A stretch of DNA of 64,000 nucleotides from Candidatus Poribacteria bacterium (GTDB lineage: Bacteria; Poribacteria; WGA-4E; WGA-3G), in contig OZ251518.1 of assembly GCA_965242965.1 (NCBI GenBank), positions 3,840,001 through 3,904,000 of the forward strand. Reading direction: 5' to 3'. The notes below the pieces were generated by a model that worked only from the letters and a program-made list of their open reading frames with translations, did no database searches and had not been told where the DNA came from. Made by a program: the position numbers and the translations under genes. This document shows positions 48,856-58,215 of this stretch, piece after piece. How positions within the stretch are numbered: position 1 is the first letter of the stretch; every line of letters begins with the position of its first letter.

Positions 48856-50208
48856 CTATTGCCGAATATCTCGCGAAGACCGTTTTCCGGTTAGCACACG
48901 TTCCAACTGTTCAGCAACCTCCGGATCGGCTTTTCGGAGTCGGTGGAGCCCTTCTTCAGCCCCGTAGCGATTCAAGGTGGACATCGCCCGGTTAAGACGC
49001 TCCGGTGAGAACTGTTCGCGAAGGGAAGTTTCAAGACTTTCCTCTGTAGGAAGTTCCTGATGTGCTTGAGCTCCCTGCGTCACCTGTTCCGCAAAGTCTG
49101 TCTCTGAGTTAAGTGCAGGTTCTCTTACCTGTGCCGGCTTATCCTTTTGTGGTGCCTTGAGACGCTCAATAGGCGTATCGGCGGATTCCATCCATGGCGC
49201 ATAGTCAAGAAGACTATCTGGTGAGTTATCCTCCCTCGGTATCTCCGATTCAACCATAGTTGGTGCCGGAGACACTTTGTCTTCTTGTGGGAAAAACGTG
49301 CCAGTCCAGCCTTTCGCACGCAGGGCCTCCTCTAAACCGGGAGGCGGGGTCCAACCTTCCGGCGGTACCCAGTCGGCCGGTGGCAAGGTTACGTTTTCCA
49401 GCATCCGTTCTCGCGTGATTGGCATCGGAGATTCACTCATCGGATTATAATGCTCATCAAGGTAGATAACCTCATAGTTTTCCGGGTGGATGCCTTTATG
49501 CAAGAGATTGAACTTTTGTGCATCATCTAGCACGTCGCCATAAAGTGTGGCCGTCAGCCCATTCTGTTGCAAATAGACGCGTCCCGGCACGAACGGGAGA
49601 AAGATCTCTTTGTCGGGCCCCGTAAACATCCCACCTACGATGCGTGGATTAGCCGCCTTCGCTTGGCTGTACTGCTGGTTTTCCCAGATTTTTCTGTCAA
49701 TGTAAAGGGATTTAAAGGTTGCCCAGTCGGAGGTTGGTGCAATCCCAAAAAGATCGGCAGTCCACTTATCCGGCTCGGTTTCAAGCCGAACCAAATTCCG
49801 CCGGATGTTCATATAGCCAGAATACTCGCCGAAGTTTGCTATGGTAACACCACGATTCAGGAGCATCTCCAACCACGCAGCAGGCGGGTATTTCTCATCA
49901 ACTTCGGCATCGGGTTTCATCAGATTACCAAAGGCTTTGAGGAGTGCCTCTACGGTTTGTGGTCCCTGATACTTCTGGGTCTGTTGAATCCTAATAGCGG
50001 CAGGGCGCTGCCCGGGGGACGGATGTCGAAATCCACCTTTTGCTGGTTCAGAACCAGTGCTTATAGGTGGATGCTGCTTTCCGAGACGTTGTTGAATAGG
50101 ACTATCCGTTGTTTGTGAAGACTGTTGATATGCCCTGAGTCCATAAAAGGCACTCACTGAAACAACCAACAAACAGAGAATAGCAAAGATGGCTTTTTTC
50201 AAATTCAT
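48856..50208 (-). CDS. Membrane-anchored hypothetical protein with a conserved C-terminal helical module
   Basis: N-terminal signal/TM; C-terminal LPTEESLETSLREQFSPERLNRAMSTLNRYGAEEGLHRL. Confidence 0.7.
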   Translation of the reverse strand: MNLKKAIFAILCLLVVSVSAFYGLRAYQQSSQTTDSPIQQRLGKQHPPISTGSEPAKGGFRHPSPGQRPAAIRIQQTQKYQGPQTVEALLKAFGNLMKPDAEVDEKYPPAAWLEMLLNRGVTIANFGEYSGYMNIRRNLVRLETEPDKWTADLFGIAPTSDWATFKSLYIDRKIWENQQYSQAKAANPRIVGGMFTGPDKEIFLPFVPGRVYLQQNGLTATLYGDVLDDAQKFNLLHKGIHPENYEVIYLDEHYNPMSESPMPITRERMLENVTLPPADWVPPEGWTPPPGLEEALRAKGWTGTFFPQEDKVSPAPTMVESEIPREDNSPDSLLDYAPWMESADTPIERLKAPQKDKPAQVREPALNSETDFAEQVTQGAQAHQELPTEESLETSLREQFSPERLNRAMSTLNRYGAEEGLHRLRKADPEVAEQLERVLTGKRSSRDIRQ

Positions 50209-50289
50209 TTTCTATCCTCAGCATGTAGATACGATTTGTTGCAATTCTACGCGAATTTCGTTAAACATGCAAATTTTTTGGCTGCGCTG

Positions 50290-50712
50290 GCCATCGGCAA
50301 GAGGGCGTTTTAGGTCCTACGGACCTGAAAAGAACAAGAGACGTTTTTTCGTTCTCCTCTCTGTAGTTTGTGATCGCCCGATCACAAACAGGTCAGGATT
50401 AGGCGATCCTGACCTACAGGGCCTGGCGCGAAAACGATGGCGAGGGACAGGCCCTCGCCCTACGTGAGGGGAGGCGTTTTTTTCCCGTAGCGCGGGGGCC
50501 TGTCCCCCGCGATCTCCATCGTCAAGCGGAGCGTTTTAGGTCCTTCTCTCCTCTCTGTAGTTTGTGATCGCCTGATCACAACCGGGTCAAGAGCACTTGG
50601 CATAGATGCCAGAGCTTCAGACGATCTTGCCCTACAGGACCTGGCGCGCGGACGATGGCGAGGGAAACCCTCTCGCATGCGCGTGTGGCATGCGAGGGCC
50701 CAAGCCCTACGG
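50290..50712. repeat. REP-like cluster
   Basis: Near-copies of blocks at 48430-48710 (GTAGTTTGTGATCGCC.GATCACAA, GGCGAGGGACAGGCCCTCGCCCTAC and the nested CTCGCATGCGCGTG.GGCATGCGAG hairpin). Confidence 0.9.
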
Positions 50713-50726
50713 TGACGTGCCGTATG

Positions 50727-50755
50727 TTGACATATCGCGTAACCTATGTTATACT
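50727..50755 (+). promoter_or_regulatory. Consensus sigma70 promoter
   Basis: TTGACA-N17-TATACT with a TGn extension. Confidence 0.7.
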
Positions 50756-50785
50756 CTGATAATGATTCAAATGGAGAAATCGCTG

Positions 50786-53458
50786 ATGAAAAGGTTTGAT
50801 CGCGTTCACTACAATTGGCTCCCCTTACTACTGCTTGCTTTTTGGATACCCGTTCCACAAATCGACGCGCAGCCGATGTCCCCGGAAGAAACACTCGGCT
50901 TTCAAGTCGGCGCGGATTACAAAGTCGCAGGATGGACAGCCGTTGCTGACTATCTGCGGCACGTCGCCGACACGTCAGACCGGGTGCAACTGGAAGTCCT
51001 CGGCAAGACGACGGAAGGCAACGATTTTGTCATGCTCCTCATCTCTGCACCAGAGAATTTGGCGAATCTGGCGCGCTACAAGAACATCCAGAGGCAACTC
51101 GCTTATCCCGATGCAGACAGCCGTGGTCCGTTAGATACCTTCTGTGAGGAAGGCAAGACTGTCGTCCTAGTTAACTGCAATTTGCATTCCACTGAGATTG
51201 CCTCATCGCAGATGTCAATGGAGCTCGCTTATCAATTTGCTACAGCGGAGACTCCCGAAGTGCAGGCAATTCTCGAAAACGTCATCGTGCTGCTCATTCC
51301 TTCGGCAAACCCGGATGGGTTAAACATCGTCGTAGATTGGTATCAGCGCACAGTCGGCACGCCGTATGAAGGCGCGAAACTGCCGTGGCTGTATCAGAAA
51401 TACACGGGACACGATAACAACCGCGATTGGTTTATGTTGACGCAAGTTGAGACGCAGTTGCTCACACGCGTGCTTTATGAGGAGTGGTTTCCCGAAGTCG
51501 TCTACGATGTGCATGAGATGAGTTATCGGGGGCCGCGCTTCGTGATTCCGCCCTATTTTGAGCCGATGAATCCGAATATTCCGCCGCTGTTACAACGGAC
51601 GTTATCGCTCATCGGCGCGCAACTCGCCTTCGATTTCACTTCGCAAGGTTTGACTGGCGTGCTGTCAAGTGCAGTCTACGATACGTGGTGGCACGGCGGG
51701 TTTCGCACGGTGCCGTATCGGCATAACATGGTGGGGATTTTGACAGAGGCGGCGCGCGTCGAAATTGCGACACCGATTTTTCAACCGCACGGAACGCTCA
51801 AAGGGTATCGGCGCGGGTTGGATAAATACACCCTCCGCACCAATTTTCCTGAACCGTGGCCGGGCGGCTGGTGGCGGCTGCGAGACATCGTGGATTATGA
51901 ACTCGCGGCGGCGCGTTCAATTCTCACATTCGCCGCGCGGCATCGGGTAACGCTGAAGCGGAACTTTTACCAGATGGGGCTCCAAGCGATAGAGAAAGGA
52001 CAGAATGAACCACCGCGCGCCTTTCTCATTCCGATGGAACAGCGCGATTGGCACACTGCGCGCAAGATGTTGGACATCCTCCAGCGCGGCGGTGTGGAAA
52101 TCCATCAGGCGAACGCGCCGTTTACAGCGGACGGCGTGGCATATCCGACAGGGACTTACGTCGTTTTGATGGCGCAACCCTTTCGCGCGCATGCGAAGGA
52201 TTTATTGGAGGTGCAGCGGTATCCGGAACGTCGCCCTTCGCCGCAATCGCCGCCAGAGCGTCCCTACGACATCGCCGGATGGACGTTGCCTTTACAGATG
52301 GGCATCCGCACGGTGACGGTGGTGCATCCGTTTGAGGCGGAGTTAACGTTGGTTGACGCGCTGCCAACGGTGCAGGGACAGTTGCATCTCGTGCAGGAGC
52401 CGACCGGGTATCTATTTGAAAACCGCTCGAACGTGGAAGCGATTGTCCTCAACAGACTCTTCAACGCGAAATTGGCGGACGGTGCCCCGCGCTATCAACT
52501 GTATTGGGCAAGACGTGAATTGGAGGTGCAAGGGAAAGTGTTTGCGCGTGGCGCGGTTTTGGTAAGGATGCGCGAATTGCAAGGAACAGGCACTCGTCCT
52601 ACGAGCCAAAGGCAGTCTTTGCAAGAAATTGAAGAATTACAGGCTTTGGCGGCCGATTTTGGCATCCAGATTTACGCCGATGCCTCGCTTGGCGACAAAT
52701 CTTTCACTCGGACATTCTCACAACTGACACTTCCTCGTGTTGGGCTCTACAAACCGTGGACAGCGAACATGGACGAAGGATGGACGCGGTGGGTGTTGGA
52801 TACACACGAATTCGCCTATCGCAGTCTCACGAATGCGGAAATCCGCGCAGGTGAGTTGGCATCGCGCTACGATGCAATCATTTTGCCGGACATGGGAGCC
52901 GCCGCTATCCTCAACGGACATCCGATAGGCGCGTTGCCACCGGAATATGTAGGTGGCATTGGCACGGAGGGACTCGCGAATTTGCGCACGTTCGTGGAAG
53001 AAGGCGGCAGTCTCATCTGTCTCAACCGCGCAACAGAACTGCCGCTGGAATATTTTGGGCTCCGTGAGCGCGGCATCGTCAATGTAGTAAAGGCAACAAA
53101 TCAAGCGACTGACGCTGCGTTTTTCTGTCCCGGTTCATTGCTGCGCGCCCGGATAGAGACGAAGCACCCGATTGGGTACGGGTTAGCACCGGAGATGGCA
53201 CTCTTTTTTAAATCGGGACCGGTTTTTGATGCCACGCGCGGCGGGACAGTTATCGCAACGTATCCTGCGTTTAATCCGTTGATGAGCGGGTGGCTTGAGG
53301 GAGAAAAGCGCATCCGACAGAAAAGCGCGTTGTTAGAAACTTCACTCGGCGAAGGACGTGTGATGCTTTTCGGATTCAAACCGCAGCATCGCGGGCAATC
53401 GCACGGGACGTTTAAGTTGCTTTTCAATGCGATTTATTATAGCACGGTGAGGGAATAA
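50786..53458 (+). CDS. Secreted M14-family zinc carboxypeptidase-like protein with a C-terminal GATase-like domain
   Basis: Signal peptide; LHSTE (HxxE), NPDG, DNNRDW, DVHEM and MDEGWTRW. Confidence 0.88.
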   Translation: MKRFDRVHYNWLPLLLLAFWIPVPQIDAQPMSPEETLGFQVGADYKVAGWTAVADYLRHVADTSDRVQLEVLGKTTEGNDFVMLLISAPENLANLARYKNIQRQLAYPDADSRGPLDTFCEEGKTVVLVNCNLHSTEIASSQMSMELAYQFATAETPEVQAILENVIVLLIPSANPDGLNIVVDWYQRTVGTPYEGAKLPWLYQKYTGHDNNRDWFMLTQVETQLLTRVLYEEWFPEVVYDVHEMSYRGPRFVIPPYFEPMNPNIPPLLQRTLSLIGAQLAFDFTSQGLTGVLSSAVYDTWWHGGFRTVPYRHNMVGILTEAARVEIATPIFQPHGTLKGYRRGLDKYTLRTNFPEPWPGGWWRLRDIVDYELAAARSILTFAARHRVTLKRNFYQMGLQAIEKGQNEPPRAFLIPMEQRDWHTARKMLDILQRGGVEIHQANAPFTADGVAYPTGTYVVLMAQPFRAHAKDLLEVQRYPERRPSPQSPPERPYDIAGWTLPLQMGIRTVTVVHPFEAELTLVDALPTVQGQLHLVQEPTGYLFENRSNVEAIVLNRLFNAKLADGAPRYQLYWARRELEVQGKVFARGAVLVRMRELQGTGTRPTSQRQSLQEIEELQALAADFGIQIYADASLGDKSFTRTFSQLTLPRVGLYKPWTANMDEGWTRWVLDTHEFAYRSLTNAEIRAGELASRYDAIILPDMGAAAILNGHPIGALPPEYVGGIGTEGLANLRTFVEEGGSLICLNRATELPLEYFGLRERGIVNVVKATNQATDAAFFCPGSLLRARIETKHPIGYGLAPEMALFFKSGPVFDATRGGTVIATYPAFNPLMSGWLEGEKRIRQKSALLETSLGEGRVMLFGFKPQHRGQSHGTFKLLFNAIYYSTVRE

Positions 53459-53504
53459 CACAGGTTGTCGAGACGCGGGAGGGCTTTCCTACGGAGGCGG
53501 TTTA

Positions 53505-53875
53505 TTGAGGGTGTTTCCTAAATCGCTCAACGTCGCGGGGGACAGGCCTCCGCGCTACGGGGAAAAAACGGTCCCTTCACCGTAGGACTTGGGCCCTCGC
53601 ATGCCACACGCGCATGCGAGCGGGTTTCCCTCGCCATGCCTCGCGCTACGGAAAAAACGTCTCTTGTTCTCTTCAAGTCCTTTAGGACCTAAAAACATAA
53701 CTTGCCAATGGAGATCGCGGGGGACATCCGCTCGGATGCGCGTCTGGCATCCGAGGGCCCCCGCGCTACGATAAAAAAAATGGTTCTTGAGTTCTCGCGG
53801 GGGACAGGCCCCCGCGCTACGGGAAAAATCGAGACCGGGAGTCTATTGCATCGAGACCAGGAGGTCTCTCCTACT
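53505..53875 (+). repeat. REP-like cluster starting TGAGGGTGTTTCCTAA
   Basis: Same terminus and unit families as the clusters at 40073 and 48003. Confidence 0.88.
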
Positions 53876-53911
53876 GAGGGGAAAGGCTCGCCCGGGAGGG
53901 CTCTTCGCGCG

Positions 53912-55360
53912 CTAGTCATCCTGCTCATCCTGCCGATACGTCTCCAATTTCCGATGCAACGTCCGCACGCCGATGTCCAAAATCTTCGCCGCCTCCGTCT
54001 TATTCCCATCCGCCTCCGTGAGTGTCTTCTGGATGGCCGCCTTCTCAATCTCTGCCATCGTCATCCCCACCTTGCCGATGGCATCTTCGTCAAACGCGGT
54101 AGGAGGGACATCCCTGTCCCGATGCATTTCGGTAGGAGAGACCTCCTGGTCTCGATGCTTTTTCGTAGGCGGGACATCCCTGTCCCGATGTTTGGTAGGA
54201 GGGACATCCTTGTCCCGATGGATTTCGGTAGGCGCGTCTTCCCTGTCGTGAACTTCCTCGACCGGCGCAGGAAGCGGCAAAGGCGTTTCCTCCATCTGTT
54301 TGGCGACGGTTGAGAGCACCGTTAACGCCTTCTGCAGGATGTCTCTCTGGCTATGATGGGCTGATGCATCAACATCATCAGCGATTTGCAGCCAGCTGGT
54401 ATCCTCATCCGGAATCGCGATCTGAAGTTCATTCTGTTCCGGCATTAAGGCGGGTGCATCGTCACCAAGCAACCGGATTGCGGCGAAAATCAGCCCCAGA
54501 ATCGTCTTGTAAATCGCCACGTTTTCAGCAAGCGGCGAGGTTGCACGCGCGGGAAGCAGGGGTGCCGGTTCCAACTCCGACATAATCGGAAAATCACGAA
54601 GTTTCAATTCTGCCGAGGGGGCGACAATGATGGCACTTTCTACAGCATTTTTGAGTTGCCGAACGTTGCCGGGCCAGTCCTCTTGTTCGAGATAGGCGAG
54701 TGCCTCTGGGGTAATACCGGTGACCTGTTTCCCGTGCTCGGCACTGAGTTCCTTGATGAACGCGTGGACGAAAAGTGGAATATCCTCCCGGCGTTCCCGC
54801 AACGGCGGGATATGGATGCGAAAGAGGTTGAACCGATAGTAAAGGTCTTGCCGAAACGTCTTTCGTTGCACGGAGTTGCTGAGTTCGACGTTCGTCGCGG
54901 CGATGAGGCGGACATCAACGAAGATGCTTGTATCGCCACCGAGCCGCGTGAATTCGCGCGTCTCCAGCACCCGGAGGAACTTCACCTGTGTTTCAAGCGA
55001 CATTTCGCCGACTTCATCGAGGAACAGCGTGCCGGTATGTGCCTGTTCAAACACGCCGCGGCGGAGGGTAGCGGCATCGGTGAACGCGCCTTTTTCATGT
55101 CCGAAGAGCTCGCTTTGTAGAAGATCGCCGTGAAACACACCGCAGTTGACTGCCTTGAAGGGTCTGGTTTTACGCGGGCTATTTTCATGGATGGCCTGGG
55201 CGATGACATCTTTGCCCACCCCTGTCTCACCGGTAATGAGGACCGTGGCGTTTGTCGGCGCAACCTGCCGCACGCGGCGCAGCACCTCCTGCATCGGTGC
55301 AGATCTTCCGATAATGCGCCGAGGTCTATTATTGCTGGGAATTGGGGTTGGACGATTCAT
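53912..55360 (-). CDS. Sigma-54 enhancer-binding AAA+ activator (no sensory domain) with a Fis HTH; carries in-frame REP units
   Basis: GETGVGKD, ELFGHEKGAFTDA, LFLDEVGEM, WPGNVRQL and GNKTEAAKILDIGVRTLHRKL. Confidence 0.92.
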   Translation of the reverse strand: MNRPTPIPSNNRPRRIIGRSAPMQEVLRRVRQVAPTNATVLITGETGVGKDVIAQAIHENSPRKTRPFKAVNCGVFHGDLLQSELFGHEKGAFTDAATLRRGVFEQAHTGTLFLDEVGEMSLETQVKFLRVLETREFTRLGGDTSIFVDVRLIAATNVELSNSVQRKTFRQDLYYRFNLFRIHIPPLRERREDIPLFVHAFIKELSAEHGKQVTGITPEALAYLEQEDWPGNVRQLKNAVESAIIVAPSAELKLRDFPIMSELEPAPLLPARATSPLAENVAIYKTILGLIFAAIRLLGDDAPALMPEQNELQIAIPDEDTSWLQIADDVDASAHHSQRDILQKALTVLSTVAKQMEETPLPLPAPVEEVHDREDAPTEIHRDKDVPPTKHRDRDVPPTKKHRDQEVSPTEMHRDRDVPPTAFDEDAIGKVGMTMAEIEKAAIQKTLTEADGNKTEAAKILDIGVRTLHRKLETYRQDEQDD

Positions 55361-55420
55361 CGTTAAATCACCATAGTGTGCGGGGTTTGGCCCTCGTTTT
55401 GTCCAAGGCTGCCCATCTAT

Positions 55421-55612
55421 CGTAGGGCGAGGGCCTGTCCCTCGCCGTGCCTTGGTGCCCGTGGCGATCGCGGGGGACAGGCCCCCGCGCTACGGGCCAA
55501 GGAGCGGTTCTCCTCCGCTGTGTCTGCTGGCGATCGCGGGGGACAGGCCCCCGCGCTACGGGCCAAGGAGCGGTTCTCCTCCTACCGTAGGGCGAGGGCC
55601 TGTCCCTCGCCA
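55421..55612. repeat. REP-like cluster
   Basis: GTAGGGCGAGGGCCTGTCCCTCGCC x2 and CGCGGGGGACAGGCCCCCGCGCTACGGGCCAAGGAGCGGTTCTCCTCC x2. Confidence 0.9.
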
Positions 55613-55629
55613 TGCCGAAACGTAACAAA

Positions 55630-56394
55630 TTACATGTCCGCTAGGGCAATATCGCGAATCATCTGAGGATTTTGCCGGATCTCCTCAAAAAGATTGAGCC
55701 CTTCACGACAGACTGCCTCACACATCTTTTTGAACACGAACCCTTTCAGTGCAACGCCCATAACTCCAAGCGTCCGCGACAAGGCACTCCCCGCGGGAAC
55801 GAAATGGACATTCGGCGCATCAGGAATCAGTCTGCGATACCCCGCGCCGAGCAGGAAAATCTGAGTAACAGACTCCGGCACTCCTCCCCGGTAGGAGAGA
55901 CCTCTCGGTCTCGATTCGCTTCCTCCCGGTCTCGATGCGTTTCCTTCCGGTCCCGATGCGCTTCCCTGGTAGGAGAGACCTCCTGGTCTCGATGGGTTTC
56001 CTCCTGGTCTCGATTCCCCCAAAGGAAGTTGCAGTGCCTGAACGTATTCTTTCCCTAACAAAAAGAAAACCACGTCATATCGTGCGATTAACTCCGCCGC
56101 CCGTTCACGAAGTTGAAGGCGACGACTCTTCTCCAAAATTTCCGCCTTCTTCATCCCCTGAAAAGTGACGTTGTAAGGCGCGATTACGTCGTTTTCATTG
56201 AGCAGCCCATACTCCGCCGAAATGATTGCCACGTCTACGGATGATTGCCCGTAGCGCGTTCGGACTTGGTTCACCCCGTCCATCAACAGCGTATGTTGCT
56301 GGCCGGTATACATCTTGGCGGCGGGAGCGTTGTGGTTCAGTTTCTTGCTCGTGCAGGAACTGATGACTAATACGTTCATGGGCAAGAATTTCAC
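55630..56394 (-). CDS. DUF6884-like protein with a 46-aa in-frame REP-derived insertion
   Basis: LVISSCTSKK, PAAKMYTG, IISAEYGL, IAPYNVTF and LLGKEY. Confidence 0.7.
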   Translation of the reverse strand: MKFLPMNVLVISSCTSKKLNHNAPAAKMYTGQQHTLLMDGVNQVRTRYGQSSVDVAIISAEYGLLNENDVIAPYNVTFQGMKKAEILEKSRRLQLRERAAELIARYDVVFFLLGKEYVQALQLPLGESRPGGNPSRPGGLSYQGSASGPEGNASRPGGSESRPRGLSYRGGVPESVTQIFLLGAGYRRLIPDAPNVHFVPAGSALSRTLGVMGVALKGFVFKKMCEAVCREGLNLFEEIRQNPQMIRDIALADM

Positions 56395-56408
56395 GGGCCT
56401 GAGCCTCC

Positions 56409-57149
56409 TTAAGAATCTTGGACAATTTTAAGGATTCGCTGTGGCTCCTGTTTGATTTCCTCAAAAATGTCAAACCCGTCCCGACACACGGCTTCACACA
56501 TTTTCTGGAACACGAATTCTCTGAGGCTCCGCCGATTCGCCCCCGGAAGTGCTTCTAACGCTATTCCTGTTTCAACGGCGTGGAGGTTGGGCACGTCATC
56601 AGGAATCAGATGCCTAGCACTTGGGGCTATCAACACAATCACGGTTACTGCACGTTCAGTCTCAAAGAGAGGTTTGAGTGCCTTGACATCTTCCCGCCGC
56701 AAGAGCGAGAAAACCAGGTCATGACGTTCGATTAAAGCCGTAACGCGTTTGACTATCCCACTGTCGGAGTAGTCGATGTCACTGGCCTGAGGAGGAAGGT
56801 CGAACGGGACGATTTTATCGGACTCGTGGACCGGCCCTTCTTCTTTTGATACTAGCGGATCGTCCCATGGAAAATAGAGATCGATAGTCGTTGACTTTCC
56901 GTAGTCCTCGTGTGCCCGAACTTGTTCCAAACCTTTCCTTACCTGCCTCGGTCCAGGTCCTGTGAACATTTCTCCGGCGGGCACGCTGTAATCTCTACTT
57001 TCATGATACCAGCCATCCGCATTATAGCCGCTCAGTTCTTTGATGCGCCGCGCGAGACGTTCGGGTGAACCGTAATCTTCGCTCCGCAGCAAGTTATCGG
57101 GTTGATATTTCTGCCCCTTTGTGTAAGAGCTCAAAACCAAAATTTTCAT
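56409..57149 (-). CDS. Divergent paralog of the DUF6884-like protein
   Basis: ILVLSSYTK, PAGEMFTG and IVPFD; shared C-terminus LIPD.PN.H.V..G....FVF.KMCEAVCR.G...FEEI.Q.PQ.I..I. Confidence 0.65.
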   Translation of the reverse strand: MKILVLSSYTKGQKYQPDNLLRSEDYGSPERLARRIKELSGYNADGWYHESRDYSVPAGEMFTGPGPRQVRKGLEQVRAHEDYGKSTTIDLYFPWDDPLVSKEEGPVHESDKIVPFDLPPQASDIDYSDSGIVKRVTALIERHDLVFSLLRREDVKALKPLFETERAVTVIVLIAPSARHLIPDDVPNLHAVETGIALEALPGANRRSLREFVFQKMCEAVCRDGFDIFEEIKQEPQRILKIVQDS

Positions 57150-57152
57150 AAC

Positions 57153-58082
57153 CTAAGCCTCCACTTCTCGCTGACGTTGATGCCAGATATACAGAATCGG
57201 GCTCGCGATGAAGACAGACGAATACGTGCCTACCACCACGCCGACGATGAGTGCCAACGCAAACGTGTTAATCTCCGCGCCCGCGCTGGAAAGGAAGAAG
57301 ATGACTAACACTACAAACAGCGTCGTCAAGGAGGTAATCACCGTGCGGGTCAGCGATTGGTTGATGCTGCGGTTCAGCACGTCAATGTAGGGTGTGCCGC
57401 GCAGCGTTTGCGCGTTTTCACGGATGCGATCGAACACCACGATGGTATCGTTCAGCGAATACCCGATAATCGTCAGGAACGCCGCCACAGTCGGCAGGTT
57501 AATCTCCTTCGCAAGCACGGCGAAGATACCGAGGGTTATCAGCACATCGTGGACGAGTGCCGCAATCGCGCCGATGGCGAAACGGAACTCAAATCGCCAC
57601 GAAATATAGACGAGCAAAATCACGATGGACCAGAGGACAGACCAGAGTGCCGCCCATTGCAGGTCGCGCCCGACACTCGGTCCTACCTCGGAAACGTTGA
57701 TGCCTTCAGGCAGCGCATGCCAGCCATCCCCGCCTGCCAAGAGCGCGTCGTTGAGTGCCCTGCCAGCACTGCCCTCCATTTCAGGCAGTCGTTCCATAGC
57801 ATGCGTGGCCATAGAGATTGTGGCTTCGTTTTGTGCCGGATCCAACTGAATCTGAGCGCGTGGATAGCCCAATTCCGACAACTTCGCTTGCAGTTCCGCT
57901 TCGGTTACCATCCTGTTGAATTTGGCTAGGATTTTCACGCCGCCACGGAAGTCAATCCCGAAATGCGGGCCGCCGTTCACCGCAAGGAATACCAAACCGA
58001 TGCCGATTATTATCGCAGAGGTAAGAAATCCCATGCGGTGTTTGTTGATAAAATCGAATTTTGTATCGCGTAATAGTTCCAA
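57153..58082 (-). CDS. secF: Protein translocase subunit SecF
   Basis: GIDFRGG, VGPSVG, ALVHDV, IGYSLNDTIVVFDRIRE and GTYSSVFIA. Confidence 0.97.
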   Translation of the reverse strand: MELLRDTKFDFINKHRMGFLTSAIIIGIGLVFLAVNGGPHFGIDFRGGVKILAKFNRMVTEAELQAKLSELGYPRAQIQLDPAQNEATISMATHAMERLPEMEGSAGRALNDALLAGGDGWHALPEGINVSEVGPSVGRDLQWAALWSVLWSIVILLVYISWRFEFRFAIGAIAALVHDVLITLGIFAVLAKEINLPTVAAFLTIIGYSLNDTIVVFDRIRENAQTLRGTPYIDVLNRSINQSLTRTVITSLTTLFVVLVIFFLSSAGAEINTFALALIVGVVVGTYSSVFIASPILYIWHQRQREVEA

Positions 58083-58215
58083 AATCTTTATCCTCTTTTT
58101 GTCGTTCGCAAGGCGTTTGATTAGGGGGTTGGTGTTATCACGTCCTCTGCGTAACCCGCAATCGACGTTGTTGATCTTTGCCGATTGCGGCGTTTTTTAG
58201 CAGGATTTCCGGGAC

